Shown here one piece after another: positions 1 through 10,503 of a DNA stretch of 64,000 bases. Every line of letters begins with the position of its first letter. Position 1 is the first letter of the stretch. Source of the stretch: Planctomycetota bacterium (GTDB taxonomy: Bacteria; Planctomycetota; GCA-002687715; DRQF01); NCBI GenBank assembly GCA_036479435.1, contig JAZGFI010000243.1:41227-105226 (forward strand), in the 5' to 3' direction. The position numbers were made by a program, and so were the translations under genes. The notes beneath the pieces are model-generated. The model saw only the letters and a program-made list of their open reading frames with translations, searched no databases and had not been told where the DNA came from.

Positions 1-33
1 GGCCTTAGGATCTCGATCTTTTGAATAGGATGA

Positions 34-510
34 TTAACCCTTGTGAATCCAGGTTCCCCAAAGGCCTTGGATCGCAACGTCGTCTTCGAGTTTCATGTCC
101 GACTGTTTCAAAGAGAGCAAGATCAATCCGCGGTGGTGTGATTCATGAGAAATGAGGTAACTCATCCACTGCAGGGCGCTCTTGCCGAACATTCTGATCA
201 CTGCCTCTCGTCGAAACACGGCCTCTAAGTGGGCGCGTACTTCTTTGCCCGTGTTGCGCAATTCCTTGCGTACTTGGGCCTTCGTCGGGCGCTTGCCCTT
301 ATCGGTTTTGGGCAGCTGGGGTCGCTTTCCAGTTTCGTGGAAGATAAGCCAGCCCTGGCGAACGCGGCAAATGTGGGCGAATTGCCTCGCGACATCGCGG
401 CCGCGCGAGCCCTCGGGCAAGGCTGCCATCCCGCCGCGCGGCATGGCTTCCAATAACAACATCATGATCGTCTGATGGCGATCCCAACATTCGAGCGCTT
501 CGTCGATCAT
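34..510 (-). CDS. DinB family protein
   Basis: C-terminal 'YLISHESHHRGLI' His motif typical of DinB/YfiT four-helix bundles. ATG at 510 chosen because the longer ORF overlaps truB. Confidence 0.75.
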   Translation of the reverse strand: MIDEALECWDRHQTIMMLLLEAMPRGGMAALPEGSRGRDVARQFAHICRVRQGWLIFHETGKRPQLPKTDKGKRPTKAQVRKELRNTGKEVRAHLEAVFRREAVIRMFGKSALQWMSYLISHESHHRGLILLSLKQSDMKLEDDVAIQGLWGTWIHKG

Positions 511-520
511 CGCTTCCGAG

Positions 521-1519
521 TCAGCGCTCACGTTCTTTGTCTCCTTGACTTTGCGGTGGCGTTGCGGCCCCAGATTTTGAATCCAGGTGATCAAGCGGCG
601 CGTCTGCGTCGTCAGCAGAGACGATGAGCCGTTTCATCCGGTATCGAGCGCCGCCCATCCCCCGCAAGCGCGCCATGACTTTCCCGCGATGCCAGGCCAA
701 AGTGTCATCGACAACCGTCGTGCCGCGGGGATCTTCAAGCTCTCGTCCTTCGAGGAGCCGAACGAAGTCGTCGTCATCGAGATGAACTGAAGGCATCGAG
801 CTAACGGCGTCTTCCAACGAAATGAGATGACTGCGTTCGACCGCATCCGGAGAGCAGGCCGCGCTAACTTCGAAAGCTCCGCTTTGGGTTCGCCGCAGAG
901 CGGCGAGATAGGCTCCGCATCCGAGCGATTCACCCAAGTCGCGGGCCAAAGACCGAATGTAGGTCCCGGGGCCACAGCGAATCCTCATCAAGGCCCGCGG
1001 CCAATGATAGCTCAGCACCTCGATAGACTTCACATCGACTTCTCGCTCGGGAACTTCGACGACTTCGCCGCGCCGGGCCTTTTTGTAGAGGCGCTCCCCG
1101 TCAACGCGGATTGCCGAGTACGCTGGAGGCCTTTGGCGAATGCGGCCGCGAAGAGGATCGAGGTGCGATTCGAGCTCATCCCTTGTCGGAGGCTCGAAAT
1201 CTTCCACGGCGACTTCCGACAGCGGACCTTCGGCATCGCAAGTGACGCTTCGCCAGCCAAAAGTCAAATCCGCTAAATAGGTTTTCTCGTGACCCATGAA
1301 GAGATCTTGCACTCGGGTGGCGAATCCGGTGCACACCACGATGAGTCCCGAAGCCAGGGGGTCGAGTGTCCCGCAGTGCCCCGAGGCTCGAATCCCCAGC
1401 CTTTTGTTGGCATCCATGAGCGCACCGCGGCTGGTGACACCCACCGGTTTGTCGAGCAAAACCAAACCACATGGCGCCGCCATTTGGCGGGCACGTTTTC
1501 CGCGCTTACCTCTTCCCAT
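521..1519 (-). CDS. truB: tRNA pseudouridine(55) synthase
   Basis: LLDKPVGVTS, GHCGTLDPLASG (catalytic Asp), QRPPAYSAIRVDGERLY, GTYIRSLARDLG motifs. Confidence 0.95.
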   Translation of the reverse strand: MGRGKRGKRARQMAAPCGLVLLDKPVGVTSRGALMDANKRLGIRASGHCGTLDPLASGLIVVCTGFATRVQDLFMGHEKTYLADLTFGWRSVTCDAEGPLSEVAVEDFEPPTRDELESHLDPLRGRIRQRPPAYSAIRVDGERLYKKARRGEVVEVPEREVDVKSIEVLSYHWPRALMRIRCGPGTYIRSLARDLGESLGCGAYLAALRRTQSGAFEVSAACSPDAVERSHLISLEDAVSSMPSVHLDDDDFVRLLEGRELEDPRGTTVVDDTLAWHRGKVMARLRGMGGARYRMKRLIVSADDADAPLDHLDSKSGAATPPQSQGDKERER

Positions 1520-1546
1520 CGACCTCGTCTTCCACCGCAATCAAGA

Positions 1547-3496
1547 TCAAAGAACTCGTCCCTTGACCAAAGTAGGAACGACGCTTGGATCGGCCAAGGT
1601 CGAAGTATCACCGAGGTCCTCGACATCCCCGCTCGCGATATTACGCAGGATGCGGCGCATGATCTTTCCGCTGCGAGTCTTTGGGAGACCGTCTGAAAAC
1701 TGAATTTGATCCGGCGAGGCGATGGGCCCGATGACGGTGCGCACGGTCTTGACTAGCTCTTTTTTGAGCCCTTCTTCGATGACGACATCGGCGTTCAGCG
1801 TGACAAAGGCGTAGATCCCCTGCCCCTTGATGTCGTGGGGATAACCCACCACCGCCGATTCTGCCACCGCGGGATGGTGGCCAAGGGCGGCCTCGACTTC
1901 GGCCGTGCCCAGCCGGTGCCCCGAAACGTTCAAAACGTCGTCGACGCGCCCCGTAATCCAATAGTAGCCGTCTTCATCGCGGCGACAGCCATCTCCGGTG
2001 AAGTACTTGCCAGGGTAAGCCTTAAAGTAGGTGTCGATGAAGCGCTGATGATCGCCGTAGATGGTTCGCATCATTCCCGGCCAGGGTTCGGTGATGCACA
2101 GGTTCCCCGACACGCCATTGCCCTCGATGATCTCGCCTTGGTCGTTGACAAGCGCCAACTGAACGCCGAAAAATGGCTTGGTGGCAGACCCCGGTTTGGT
2201 GGGAGTGGCACCGGGCAAGGGCGAGATCATGATTCCCCCGGTCTCAGTTTGCCACCAGGTGTCAACGATGGGACAGCGACCTTGCCCCACCACTTCGTGG
2301 TACCAAAGCCAAGCCTCGGGGTTGATCGGCTCGCCAACGGTGCCGAGCAGACGCAGGCTCGATCGCGACCGACTCGTCACCGGGTCGTCACCGTAGCGTT
2401 GCAAGGCTCGAATGGCGGTCGGCGCGGTGTAGAACAAGGTGACTTGGTGCTTGTCGACGACGTCCCAAAACCTGCCGACATCTGGAAAAGTCGGGATGCC
2501 TTCGAACATCAAGGTCGTAGCCCCATTGCACAGCGGGCCGTAAATGATGTAGCTATGGCCCGTAACCCATCCGATATCGGCGGTGCACCAGTAGATGTCT
2601 TCGCCAGCGCGATGATCAAAAATCAATTCGTGAGTGTAGGAAACGTAGGTGAGATATCCGGCCGTGGTGTGCAGCACACCCTTGGGTTTCCCGGTGGAAC
2701 CGGAGGTGTAAAGAATGAACAAGGGGTCTTCGGCGTTCATCACCTCGGGAGGGCAAGTATCGGCTATCGACGCGGCGGAGAGTTCGCTGGCAAAGTCATA
2801 GTCTCGGCCGTCTCTTAGACCAGGTCCCCCGCCGCTGCGTTTCACGACGAGCACGCACTCGACAAAGTCCAATCCCTCAATCGCCTGGTCAGTGGTTTGC
2901 TTGAGCGGAATGATCTTTCCTCCGCGCAGGCCCTCATCAGCCGTCACGACCATCTTGCAATTTGAATCTTCAATGCGGTTGCGCAGCGAGGTCGCGCTGA
3001 ACCCGCCGAAGACAATGCTGTGGACCGCACCGATTCGAGCGCAGGCGAGCATGACGACCGCAAGCTCGGGAATCATCGGCAGGTAAATGCAGACTCGATC
3101 GCCCTTCTTCACGCCGTGGTGCTTTAAGAGATTGGCGCAACGGCAAACGCGCTTCAGCAGTTCGGTGTAGCTGATCTTCAGATCAACGGAAGGGTCGTCC
3201 GATTCCCAAATGATCGCCGTTCGATCACCAAGACCGGCCTCGACGTGTCGATCGAGGCAGTTGACGGTGACGTTCAGTTGACCGTCTTCGAACCAAGAGA
3301 TGTCGCCACGCCCAAGATCACAGTTCATGATCTGCGTCGGCTTTTTTTGCCAGGTCAGTCGTTCGGAGACTTTTTGCCAAAACCCTGCCGGATCTGAGAT
3401 CGATTCCGCATAGCGTTTGTCGTAGTCCTCAGTCGAGGAGACATGAGCGCGTTGGGGAAATTCGGCTGGCGGTTGGAAGAGTTGTGAATCTGACAT
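1547..3496 (-). CDS. acs: acetyl-CoA synthetase
   Basis: [14 protein letters not shown]-binding loop, [20 protein letters not shown]. Confidence 0.97.
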   Translation of the reverse strand: MSDSQLFQPPAEFPQRAHVSSTEDYDKRYAESISDPAGFWQKVSERLTWQKKPTQIMNCDLGRGDISWFEDGQLNVTVNCLDRHVEAGLGDRTAIIWESDDPSVDLKISYTELLKRVCRCANLLKHHGVKKGDRVCIYLPMIPELAVVMLACARIGAVHSIVFGGFSATSLRNRIEDSNCKMVVTADEGLRGGKIIPLKQTTDQAIEGLDFVECVLVVKRSGGGPGLRDGRDYDFASELSAASIADTCPPEVMNAEDPLFILYTSGSTGKPKGVLHTTAGYLTYVSYTHELIFDHRAGEDIYWCTADIGWVTGHSYIIYGPLCNGATTLMFEGIPTFPDVGRFWDVVDKHQVTLFYTAPTAIRALQRYGDDPVTSRSRSSLRLLGTVGEPINPEAWLWYHEVVGQGRCPIVDTWWQTETGGIMISPLPGATPTKPGSATKPFFGVQLALVNDQGEIIEGNGVSGNLCITEPWPGMMRTIYGDHQRFIDTYFKAYPGKYFTGDGCRRDEDGYYWITGRVDDVLNVSGHRLGTAEVEAALGHHPAVAESAVVGYPHDIKGQGIYAFVTLNADVVIEEGLKKELVKTVRTVIGPIASPDQIQFSDGLPKTRSGKIMRRILRNIASGDVEDLGDTSTLADPSVVPTLVKGRVL

Positions 3497-3692
3497 CAAA
3501 AGTTCTCACTGCGCAAAGTGCTGGGAGCAAGGCGTTTCCGCCGTCCGACGGACAGAGTAGTCGCAGTTGCCCAGATCGCCAAGCTCCGGGCTTGGCTGGG
3601 CACCATTTCAAAGAGTAAGATTGCCGCAGCGGGCGGCCTCGTTCCGCCCCTGAATGCCGAATCCAAAGTTCGCCCCTGGAAAAGACCAGAAC

Positions 3693-6092
3693 ATGCCCCG
3701 CAACATCTTGACGCTCTTCATCGCTCTGGCCACTCTCGCCCTTTCATCTCAAGCCCAAACCCTTTTGGTGAATCGCCAAGTCCACGCTTCGACGGCACAA
3801 GGCCGCGACGTCGAGGTCTTATTGACCGGCACGCCCTTGGCAGCGATGATCTTGGCCTTCAATGTTGATCCCGGCCCCACGGTCATCAACCGCCAGGTCA
3901 TCCCCCTTGGGATCGGGTCAACGTTGATGATCACCCACAACATGGTGCCCATCCCCGCATCCGGGACTTTTGAGGCGTCGATGCCGATCGCATTCAACGC
4001 CGCTTTGGAGGGCGTCACCCTCTACGGCGCCGCCATCGTCATCGACCCCACGAACATAGGGGTCGGGTTTACGGTGAGCAATGGCGTCAGCATGACCTTC
4101 ACCAGAAAAACGGAAGCGGGCGAAGACAACGCCGGCTTTGTGGGGCAACCCGTCGTCCTGGACGGCTCCGCCACTCTTGCCGACGGACCGATCCCCGCGG
4201 GCTTTGAGTTTTCCTGGGAGATCATCTTTGGTCCGGTGGGACATCAAGCCACGCTTGAGGGCGCTGACACCTTGTTCCCGACTTTGCGGGCCGACCTTCC
4301 CGGCACCTACAAACTCGAACTGTGCTTGCAGGCGCCAGGGACAACCGGTGGGTCTTTTGATGTCGCCGAAGTCCACATCTATGACCTCGACCTTGGTGGC
4401 CTTGCCGAAGTGCCCTTTGACGCCTCCGCTCAGGTTGCCGCTTCCGGTGCTTTCAGCGGAGCCAATGGCTCGGCCTACTCGCTCTTGGGCCTGGACAACG
4501 ATGCCGACCAAGACGGGACGGTCGCGGGCAGTCAATCTGCGGGCGACGAACTGACACCTTTTTTCTTCCAGGCGGTTTCGCCCCGCGGCGTCAAGACCCA
4601 GAAGTTCTTGCCGATGGTGAACGGCGAAAGCCGCAGCCTCAATGACACCATTGCCGATGCCTTGGCCGTCCATCTCCGCGACGAGGCCTTTGATCCCCTC
4701 GAAGATCTCATCGGAACGGCCGCCGCCGGACTCGACATTGCTGCTTTGCTCCAGCCGTTCTTTGACGGCCTTGAGCCCATCCCGGTTGTCGACATCCCCG
4801 CTCCCTTCCCGCCCGGAGCGACTCTGTTCTCAGCATCGATCTTGCCGACCGAAGTCGCCATCGATCCGGGAGTGACCGTCAACATTGAAACCCTGTCCGA
4901 CGCGCTCGCGGTGAGCCTCACCTTCAGCAACTTCGTCCTCACCTTCGACATCTTCGGTGAGACCCTGTTGACCGGCCCCTACACCGACATCGGCACCTTG
5001 ACCGTGCCTGAACTCACTTTGACCGTCGCCTTGTCGACCGTCATCAGCAACGGTGTCTTTGAAAGCAGCGTCGAATCTAGCTCGCTCGACCTCGTCGGCG
5101 CCACCTTGACGTTTGAAACCGGTGTCATCCCGGCAGCTTTTTCGACCCAGGTTTTGAACGCGGTGATCCCGGCCTTGGAAGGCGTCATTGGCGGAGTCCT
5201 GGCCGCGGCCGTTCCGCTCCTGGTCGACACCGTCTTGAATGCCATTCCCCAGTCCTTCGACGCCGCCGGTGTCACCTTCAGCGCGGTCGCATCCAGAATC
5301 GGCTACACCTTAGGTGGGCTAACTCTTGGCTTTGGCGTGGGCATCAACACCAGCGCCTTGGCGAACCCGCTCCCCGACGTTCACTACCTCGCGACCGACA
5401 ACGGACTCCCCACATTCGGTCCCGTCGTCCCCACCAGCGGCGACCCCTACCAAACGGCGCTCGCCATCGCTGATGACTTAGTGAACTTGGCACTTGCCAA
5501 CGCCCAGAACGCCGAGCAGATCTCCTTCGAATTCACGGGCCCCTTGGAAGTCTTCCCGGGCTTGCGGCCCATTCCTCTCAACGCGGGCTCGATGGCGACC
5601 TTCCTTCCGGGCTTAGGTTTCGACCGTTTTCCTGCCGATGCCGAAGTACGCTTTGTCTTCACTATCGCCGCCGCGCCTTTTTTGAGCCTCGGCGATGACA
5701 GTAAATTGGTGCTTCCCGACCTCGTGGTCGAAGCCTTTGTTCAACTCAAGGAAAACTACGAAGTGCCCGCCGTGCAATTCGGCCTCTACGGTTCCCTCGT
5801 CGTCACGCCCGAGTTCAACTTCGTCACGAACGAAATCACTCTGACGACCGGTGAAGGTGACTTCGAAGCCTATGCCCGAGGCTCACTTCCCGCCGTCGAT
5901 CTCGAAACGGTCTTACCGGGCATCGCGGCCCTCATCGACCTTCTCCTCCCCAGTCTCTCCGACGCCCTCCCTCCGCTGCCCTTGCCGCAACTCCCCGCCC
6001 TCGGCGGCTCCGAGTTGATCGGCTTCGAGTTCGGAGGAGACCTCAACGACTACATGGCCACCTACTTCGGCCCTGTCGCCAGCGAAGAATAA
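3693..6092 (+). CDS. large secreted acidic protein: N-terminal shared beta-domain, PKD/REJ-like Ig domain, possible BPI/LBP-like C-terminal region
   Basis: Signal peptide MPRNILTLFIALATLALSSQAQ; 'AGEDNAGFVGQPVVLDGSAT...FSWEI...PGTYKLEL' is PKD-like; 799 aa, very poor in K/R. Confidence 0.75.
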   Translation: MPRNILTLFIALATLALSSQAQTLLVNRQVHASTAQGRDVEVLLTGTPLAAMILAFNVDPGPTVINRQVIPLGIGSTLMITHNMVPIPASGTFEASMPIAFNAALEGVTLYGAAIVIDPTNIGVGFTVSNGVSMTFTRKTEAGEDNAGFVGQPVVLDGSATLADGPIPAGFEFSWEIIFGPVGHQATLEGADTLFPTLRADLPGTYKLELCLQAPGTTGGSFDVAEVHIYDLDLGGLAEVPFDASAQVAASGAFSGANGSAYSLLGLDNDADQDGTVAGSQSAGDELTPFFFQAVSPRGVKTQKFLPMVNGESRSLNDTIADALAVHLRDEAFDPLEDLIGTAAAGLDIAALLQPFFDGLEPIPVVDIPAPFPPGATLFSASILPTEVAIDPGVTVNIETLSDALAVSLTFSNFVLTFDIFGETLLTGPYTDIGTLTVPELTLTVALSTVISNGVFESSVESSSLDLVGATLTFETGVIPAAFSTQVLNAVIPALEGVIGGVLAAAVPLLVDTVLNAIPQSFDAAGVTFSAVASRIGYTLGGLTLGFGVGINTSALANPLPDVHYLATDNGLPTFGPVVPTSGDPYQTALAIADDLVNLALANAQNAEQISFEFTGPLEVFPGLRPIPLNAGSMATFLPGLGFDRFPADAEVRFVFTIAAAPFLSLGDDSKLVLPDLVVEAFVQLKENYEVPAVQFGLYGSLVVTPEFNFVTNEITLTTGEGDFEAYARGSLPAVDLETVLPGIAALIDLLLPSLSDALPPLPLPQLPALGGSELIGFEFGGDLNDYMATYFGPVASEE

Positions 6093-6104
6093 TTCGATCT
6101 GTCC

Positions 6105-6153
6105 ATACGGTGCCCGGCATCCGGCCGTCACTTTTTTGTGCCAGGCACCGTAT
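6105..6153. repeat. REP-like inverted repeat / possible terminator
   Basis: ATACGGTGCCCGGCA (6105-6119) and TGCCAGGCACCGTAT (6139-6153) are 14/15 complementary, just after the 6092 stop. Confidence 0.6.
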
Positions 6154-6631
6154 CACCACATCAAATCCGTCCCGCCAACAATCCATGAAAAACGTCGAGA
6201 TCACACCAAGGTTGTTGGGCGCACAGTTTCATCATCACTCTTAGGCCTTTTTTCCTCCATGTCGCTCGTCGCCCAAGAAAAGAAATCGCAAGGTTAGTTG
6301 AGCAGCTCGTCAAAGAAGCCGAGTTGGCGGCCGCCGACAACTAAGTTTCGGTCGATGGTCCCCAGAGCCGGGCTCACATTCGGCCGCTGACACCGAAGCC
6401 TTGGCTCACACCTCCCGACAGCTTAATCAAGCCGAATCAACTCCGGAGTTTCGCCATCGGGCGCGTTATCTTGAATGCCGCGCCTCATTCTCGAAAGCCA
6501 CCACGAAATATTGTGGTGTAGTTTTGAAAGAACTCAGGCCAATACTGGTGGATGCTGGTGACCGTCACTCCGCACCTACTCACCCGTTTGCGTAATGACC
6601 TTCATTCCGTCCTTATTAGTGAGATCTCGAC

Positions 6632-7173
6632 TTGGCTTCAGACGTATTTCTCCCGTCTATCGCTTTCGTTTTTTTCGCCGCTTGCTTTTCATGTTCTCCT
6701 AATGAGAAAGACATGAGTAGCCATAGGCCCCTATCGCCGTTTGCGCCAGCAACTCAAGCAGAGCCAATTAGGGAATCGATTCAGGGCGCGAACGCTGCGG
6801 GTATTCTTCCTTGGGGAGTTACAGAATCGTCTCTCGAGAAACCGGGTATGCCTGGGATCGTTGGGCGCGCATCGAGCCGGGCGATTTTTGTCTTTTGACG
6901 GCTGCTTCAATCGCGAGTTCGCTCGTTGGTTTCCGAGTAACGGGCTTCGACAGGCAGGGCCGGAGCGTACTTGTCATCGTTGATTGGGACAAAGCCAACG
7001 GTTTCTCGCCATTGCTGATTGAGGGCCCACACTTGGCCAGTATTTTCAGCGTCGCTCAAGGCGACGTCTCAGAGATTCGGATCGAGTTTTTTTGGACTGG
7101 CGAGATACCCACGACGGACGGAGTTCTACTGTTCAAAAAGAGTGCAATCAGTGAGGAATTGAAGCTTAAATAG
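6632..7173 (+). pseudogene. probable frameshifted lipoprotein gene (lower GC)
   Basis: ORF 6632-6898 begins with a lipoprotein-like leader (FAACFSC) and overlaps ORF 6811-7173 in another frame; the region is visibly more AT-rich than its flanks. Confidence 0.35.
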
Positions 7174-7198
7174 CAGACGAGATCGGAATTCAATGGGT

Positions 7199-7738
7199 CT
7201 AACGGTCGTCTTCCGTCTGACTTTCCGGAGGGTCGAGAACGATGAGGCCTACAAGATATCTGCCACTATCCTCGACGCGCATCCTGCCCATCGTGACTTT
7301 CGGCTCCGCTTCGATGCGCTCAAGGCCAGTGGGAGTGCCTGGATCGTCTGTTGACTCCGTTTGATGCTCTTCCAGATCAACGCGGGCTTCGGCATCAGCC
7401 GAACAGCTGGGCAAGAACCCAAGAAGAGCGAAAAGGCCGGCTGCGAGGGCACGCATGCGGCGTCCGGTCCTCGCGGCCAGGCCCACCGGGCAGTCCTTGG
7501 TCAGCATCGTCCCGTCTGCGCGGCGGTAGAAGCGAACGCAGATGTTTCCTTCCGACTTCGCAACCAACTCACTCGCTTCAGCTTGGTTCATCTCCGAAAG
7601 ATTGAAGACATTCAGCGCGCAGCGTTCACAGTGCCGTACCGCCCCATCGCCCTTCATCGCGTCCCAAGGCTCATTGCAAGGTGAAGCGACCCGAACTCGG
7701 TTCAAATCAAAAGGATCTGTCTTGTACGCCATGGTCAT
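7199..7738 (-). CDS. hypothetical protein with Cys-rich N-terminal domain and a membrane segment
   Basis: ASPCNEPWDAM...RHCERC...VFNLSEM...CVRFYRRADGT...DCPVG, then hydrophobic ALAAGLFALLGFLPSC. Confidence 0.7.
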   Translation of the reverse strand: MTMAYKTDPFDLNRVRVASPCNEPWDAMKGDGAVRHCERCALNVFNLSEMNQAEASELVAKSEGNICVRFYRRADGTMLTKDCPVGLAARTGRRMRALAAGLFALLGFLPSCSADAEARVDLEEHQTESTDDPGTPTGLERIEAEPKVTMGRMRVEDSGRYLVGLIVLDPPESQTEDDR

Positions 7739-7860
7739 GTCTATCCAGTCAGAACTCGTTACCCACCCTCAGACGCTGCATCGTCTCGATAGTTCAACAA
7801 TTGTCTGATCGGACTCCGCCGCCGGCACCTCTTCACCCCGCGGCGGTATTAAGCCGGGAG

Positions 7861-9129
7861 TTAGGTCGAAGTGTCGACGCGGACTTTTTTGAGGTAGCGG
7901 CCGTTCATGGTGAGGACGGTAAAGGAGTTACCGGCAATCTCGAGTTTGGTTCCGGGGCTTAGGTCTTCTTTGCCTTCGGCGACGATGAGGCCACCAAGGG
8001 TGCTCACACCATCATGATCATGGGCGAGGTCGAGGCCGGTCTTGCGACGAATGTAGCGTAGAGTGGTACGCGCATCGGCGACGAAGGTACCGGGGCGAAT
8101 GATGTCGACGCGGCGGCGACTGGTCTTGTCGTGTTCGTCTTGGATCTCGCCGACGAGTTCTTCGAGGATGTCTTTGAGGGTTACGAGACCTTCGAGCCCG
8201 CCGTACTCGTCGACCACGAAGACCATTTCGCTGCCGGAATCTTGGATGTGCTCGAGGGCTTTGCCGAGTTTGGTGGATTCGGGAATGAAAGTTGGGGGCC
8301 TCACGATGGATCGCAAGTTGTCGGCGGCACTTTCTCGGCCGTCTTGTAGCAATAGGTCTTTGGCGTGAAGGATGCCGAGGAGGTCCTCTTCGTTCTCTCC
8401 CCAAACCGGAACCCGCGAATGACCGGTGCTGCGTAGGATCTCTTCGAACTGGGTTAAACCACCGGCGATGGGCATGCTGACGATCTCGTGACGCGGCACA
8501 AGAACCTGGCGCACGGCCGATTGTGCAAACTCGTAGACGCCGTGAAGAATGTGGTGCGTGACCTTGCCGAAACTGCCCTCTTCGCGCCCGACCTCGGCGA
8601 TCATCAACAAGTCTTCGTAGGAGACACTGCGGGCCTCGTCTCCGGATTTGTTTCGATTCAGTGGGCGCAAAAAGAACTCGGCGACTTTCGTGGTCAGCGT
8701 GATGAGGGGTGAAGTAAGCGCCATGAAAATCGCCAGGGGACGCGAACAAAGTCGCGCGACGGTTAGAGCCCTTTCCGCGGCGATAGTCTTCGGCAGGATT
8801 TCAGCGAAGATGAGAAGCAATACGGTCAGGATGGGACTCACATAAAACGGTGCCATGTCGCCCAGAAACTGCGTCGCCAAGACCGTTGATATGGACGCCA
8901 ACAAGACGTTGGCGAAGTTGTTGCCCAACAAGATCCCCGACAACAATCTGCCGGTGTTATCGACCAAGGCAAGAACGCGGCGCGCAACCTCATCACCACC
9001 GTCGGCGAGGGCCCGAAGGCGGAGACGATTCACCGCCATCAGCGCCGTTTCCGAGCTTGAAAAGAACGCCGACACGAAAAATAGAACCAAGGTGAACCCG
9101 GCAAGGGCCGCCATCACGACATCGTTCAT
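7861..9129 (-). CDS. CNNM/HlyC/CorC family CBS-domain transporter
   Basis: SAFFSSSETAL, ILLGNNFAN, FAEILPKT, CBS pair with VDEYGGLEGLVTLKDILEELVGEI, CorC C-terminus. Confidence 0.93.
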   Translation of the reverse strand: MNDVVMAALAGFTLVLFFVSAFFSSSETALMAVNRLRLRALADGGDEVARRVLALVDNTGRLLSGILLGNNFANVLLASISTVLATQFLGDMAPFYVSPILTVLLLIFAEILPKTIAAERALTVARLCSRPLAIFMALTSPLITLTTKVAEFFLRPLNRNKSGDEARSVSYEDLLMIAEVGREEGSFGKVTHHILHGVYEFAQSAVRQVLVPRHEIVSMPIAGGLTQFEEILRSTGHSRVPVWGENEEDLLGILHAKDLLLQDGRESAADNLRSIVRPPTFIPESTKLGKALEHIQDSGSEMVFVVDEYGGLEGLVTLKDILEELVGEIQDEHDKTSRRRVDIIRPGTFVADARTTLRYIRRKTGLDLAHDHDGVSTLGGLIVAEGKEDLSPGTKLEIAGNSFTVLTMNGRYLKKVRVDTST

Positions 9130-9234
9130 CGCAACCTCAATGGGCAAGGGGGTCACCAACGACCCCACAGGCGCATGATAGCAGGCCCGAGCTTAGAGAT
9201 TCGAATGAGACAAGGCGGTAAGCCGGACCGGGGG

Positions 9235-10503
9235 CTACTCGTGGCGCAGAGCCTCGATGGGGTCCATCTTTGCGGCTCGAATCGCAGGATAGAGTCCGAA
9301 AATGATACCTACCGCAGCCGAGATACCGAAACTGAGGAGAAGAAACTCAATTCTTACGATCGTGGTTTGATCAAAAGCGTAGGTGACGAGCTTGGGGGCC
9401 AAGGTGCCGACGATGACGCCCAAAGCGCCTCCGAGGCAGGACAAGACCACAGTTTCGATCAAAAACTGCAAGACGATGTGACGCTGCTGGGCGCCGAGGG
9501 CGCGCCGGATGCCGATCTCACGAGTACGTTCTGTCACCGATGCCAACATGATGTTCATGATGCCGATGCCGCCGACCAACAGCGAAATACCGGCGATGGC
9601 GCCCAACATGATGGAAAAGAGCTTGGCCTGTTCTTTAGCCGAGCGCAGCAATTCCAAGGGCACTAAGACCTGGTAATCCTCTTTGTCGTGATTGTGCTTC
9701 AGGACGCGGCGAATACTCGCCGCCACCGGCCGGACGTCCTTGATGTCGCGCACCTGGACCTGAATCTCGTGAAGCTCGACACGTTCCCGTTTGGATGTTC
9801 CCGAGGTACGCTCAACGATCTCTTCGCCAAAGAACACCCGCGACGCTGACAAGGGGATGTAGATCGTGTTGAAGTTCGAGTCGGTCTCGTCGTTGCCCTC
9901 GCGCTTATATCCGACTTTGGTCTGGATGACCCCAATGACCGTAAAGGGGTCAAGGCCAACCTTGACGATCTTTCCTATCGGGTACTTGTGGAGGAAGAGC
10001 TTTCGAGCGATGCCCGGCGTCAAGACGCAGACATTGGAGTGCTCGCGTTCGTGCAGCGAGGAGAAAAACCGGCCTTCCAGCATTTTCAGTTTGGCAACGC
10101 TCGGAAACCAAGGCACCGTCCCCCGCACCACACCATTGAGGATGCGAGTCTCATAGCGCAGCTCCTTGGGGTAGTCGCGCGCTTGCACCATGATGTCGAC
10201 GTTGGGCAGGGTCTTTTTGATGAGTTCAGCATCGTTGTACTTGAGGCCATACTCCACCGAGCGCTGGTTGGCGTCGCCCGCCTGTTTGTTCTCGACGGGT
10301 TGCACGCTCTTCAAGATGATGTTCGTGCTGCCTAGAGCTTTAATCTGCTGCTGGGCTTCATAAGCCGCACCTTCGCCAATGGCGAGCATCGCGATGACCG
10401 CGAACACTCCGCAGAGAATCCCCAAGATCGTCAACAGACTGCGCAAAGGGTGTAGGGCCAGGCTACGCAAGGCCAATTTCAAGGTACGAAGGAATCGAAT
10501 CAT
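9235..10503 (-). CDS. ABC transporter permease (MacB/FtsX family)
   Basis: RSLLTILGI, ISLLVGGIGIMNIMLASVTERTREIGIRRALGA, PAIRAAKMDPIEALR. Confidence 0.95.
   Translation of the reverse strand: MIRFLRTLKLALRSLALHPLRSLLTILGILCGVFAVIAMLAIGEGAAYEAQQQIKALGSTNIILKSVQPVENKQAGDANQRSVEYGLKYNDAELIKKTLPNVDIMVQARDYPKELRYETRILNGVVRGTVPWFPSVAKLKMLEGRFFSSLHEREHSNVCVLTPGIARKLFLHKYPIGKIVKVGLDPFTVIGVIQTKVGYKREGNDETDSNFNTIYIPLSASRVFFGEEIVERTSGTSKRERVELHEIQVQVRDIKDVRPVAASIRRVLKHNHDKEDYQVLVPLELLRSAKEQAKLFSIMLGAIAGISLLVGGIGIMNIMLASVTERTREIGIRRALGAQQRHIVLQFLIETVVLSCLGGALGVIVGTLAPKLVTYAFDQTTIVRIEFLLLSFGISAAVGIIFGLYPAIRAAKMDPIEALRHE

Noticed and set aside
1835..2818. 327-aa plus-strand ORF, and similar long antisense ORFs (e.g. 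22541-23377, 46140-46874, 57118-57894, 58283-59032)
   Set aside because: These are shadow ORFs opposite clearly identified genes, expected in high-GC DNA, and carry no family motifs.
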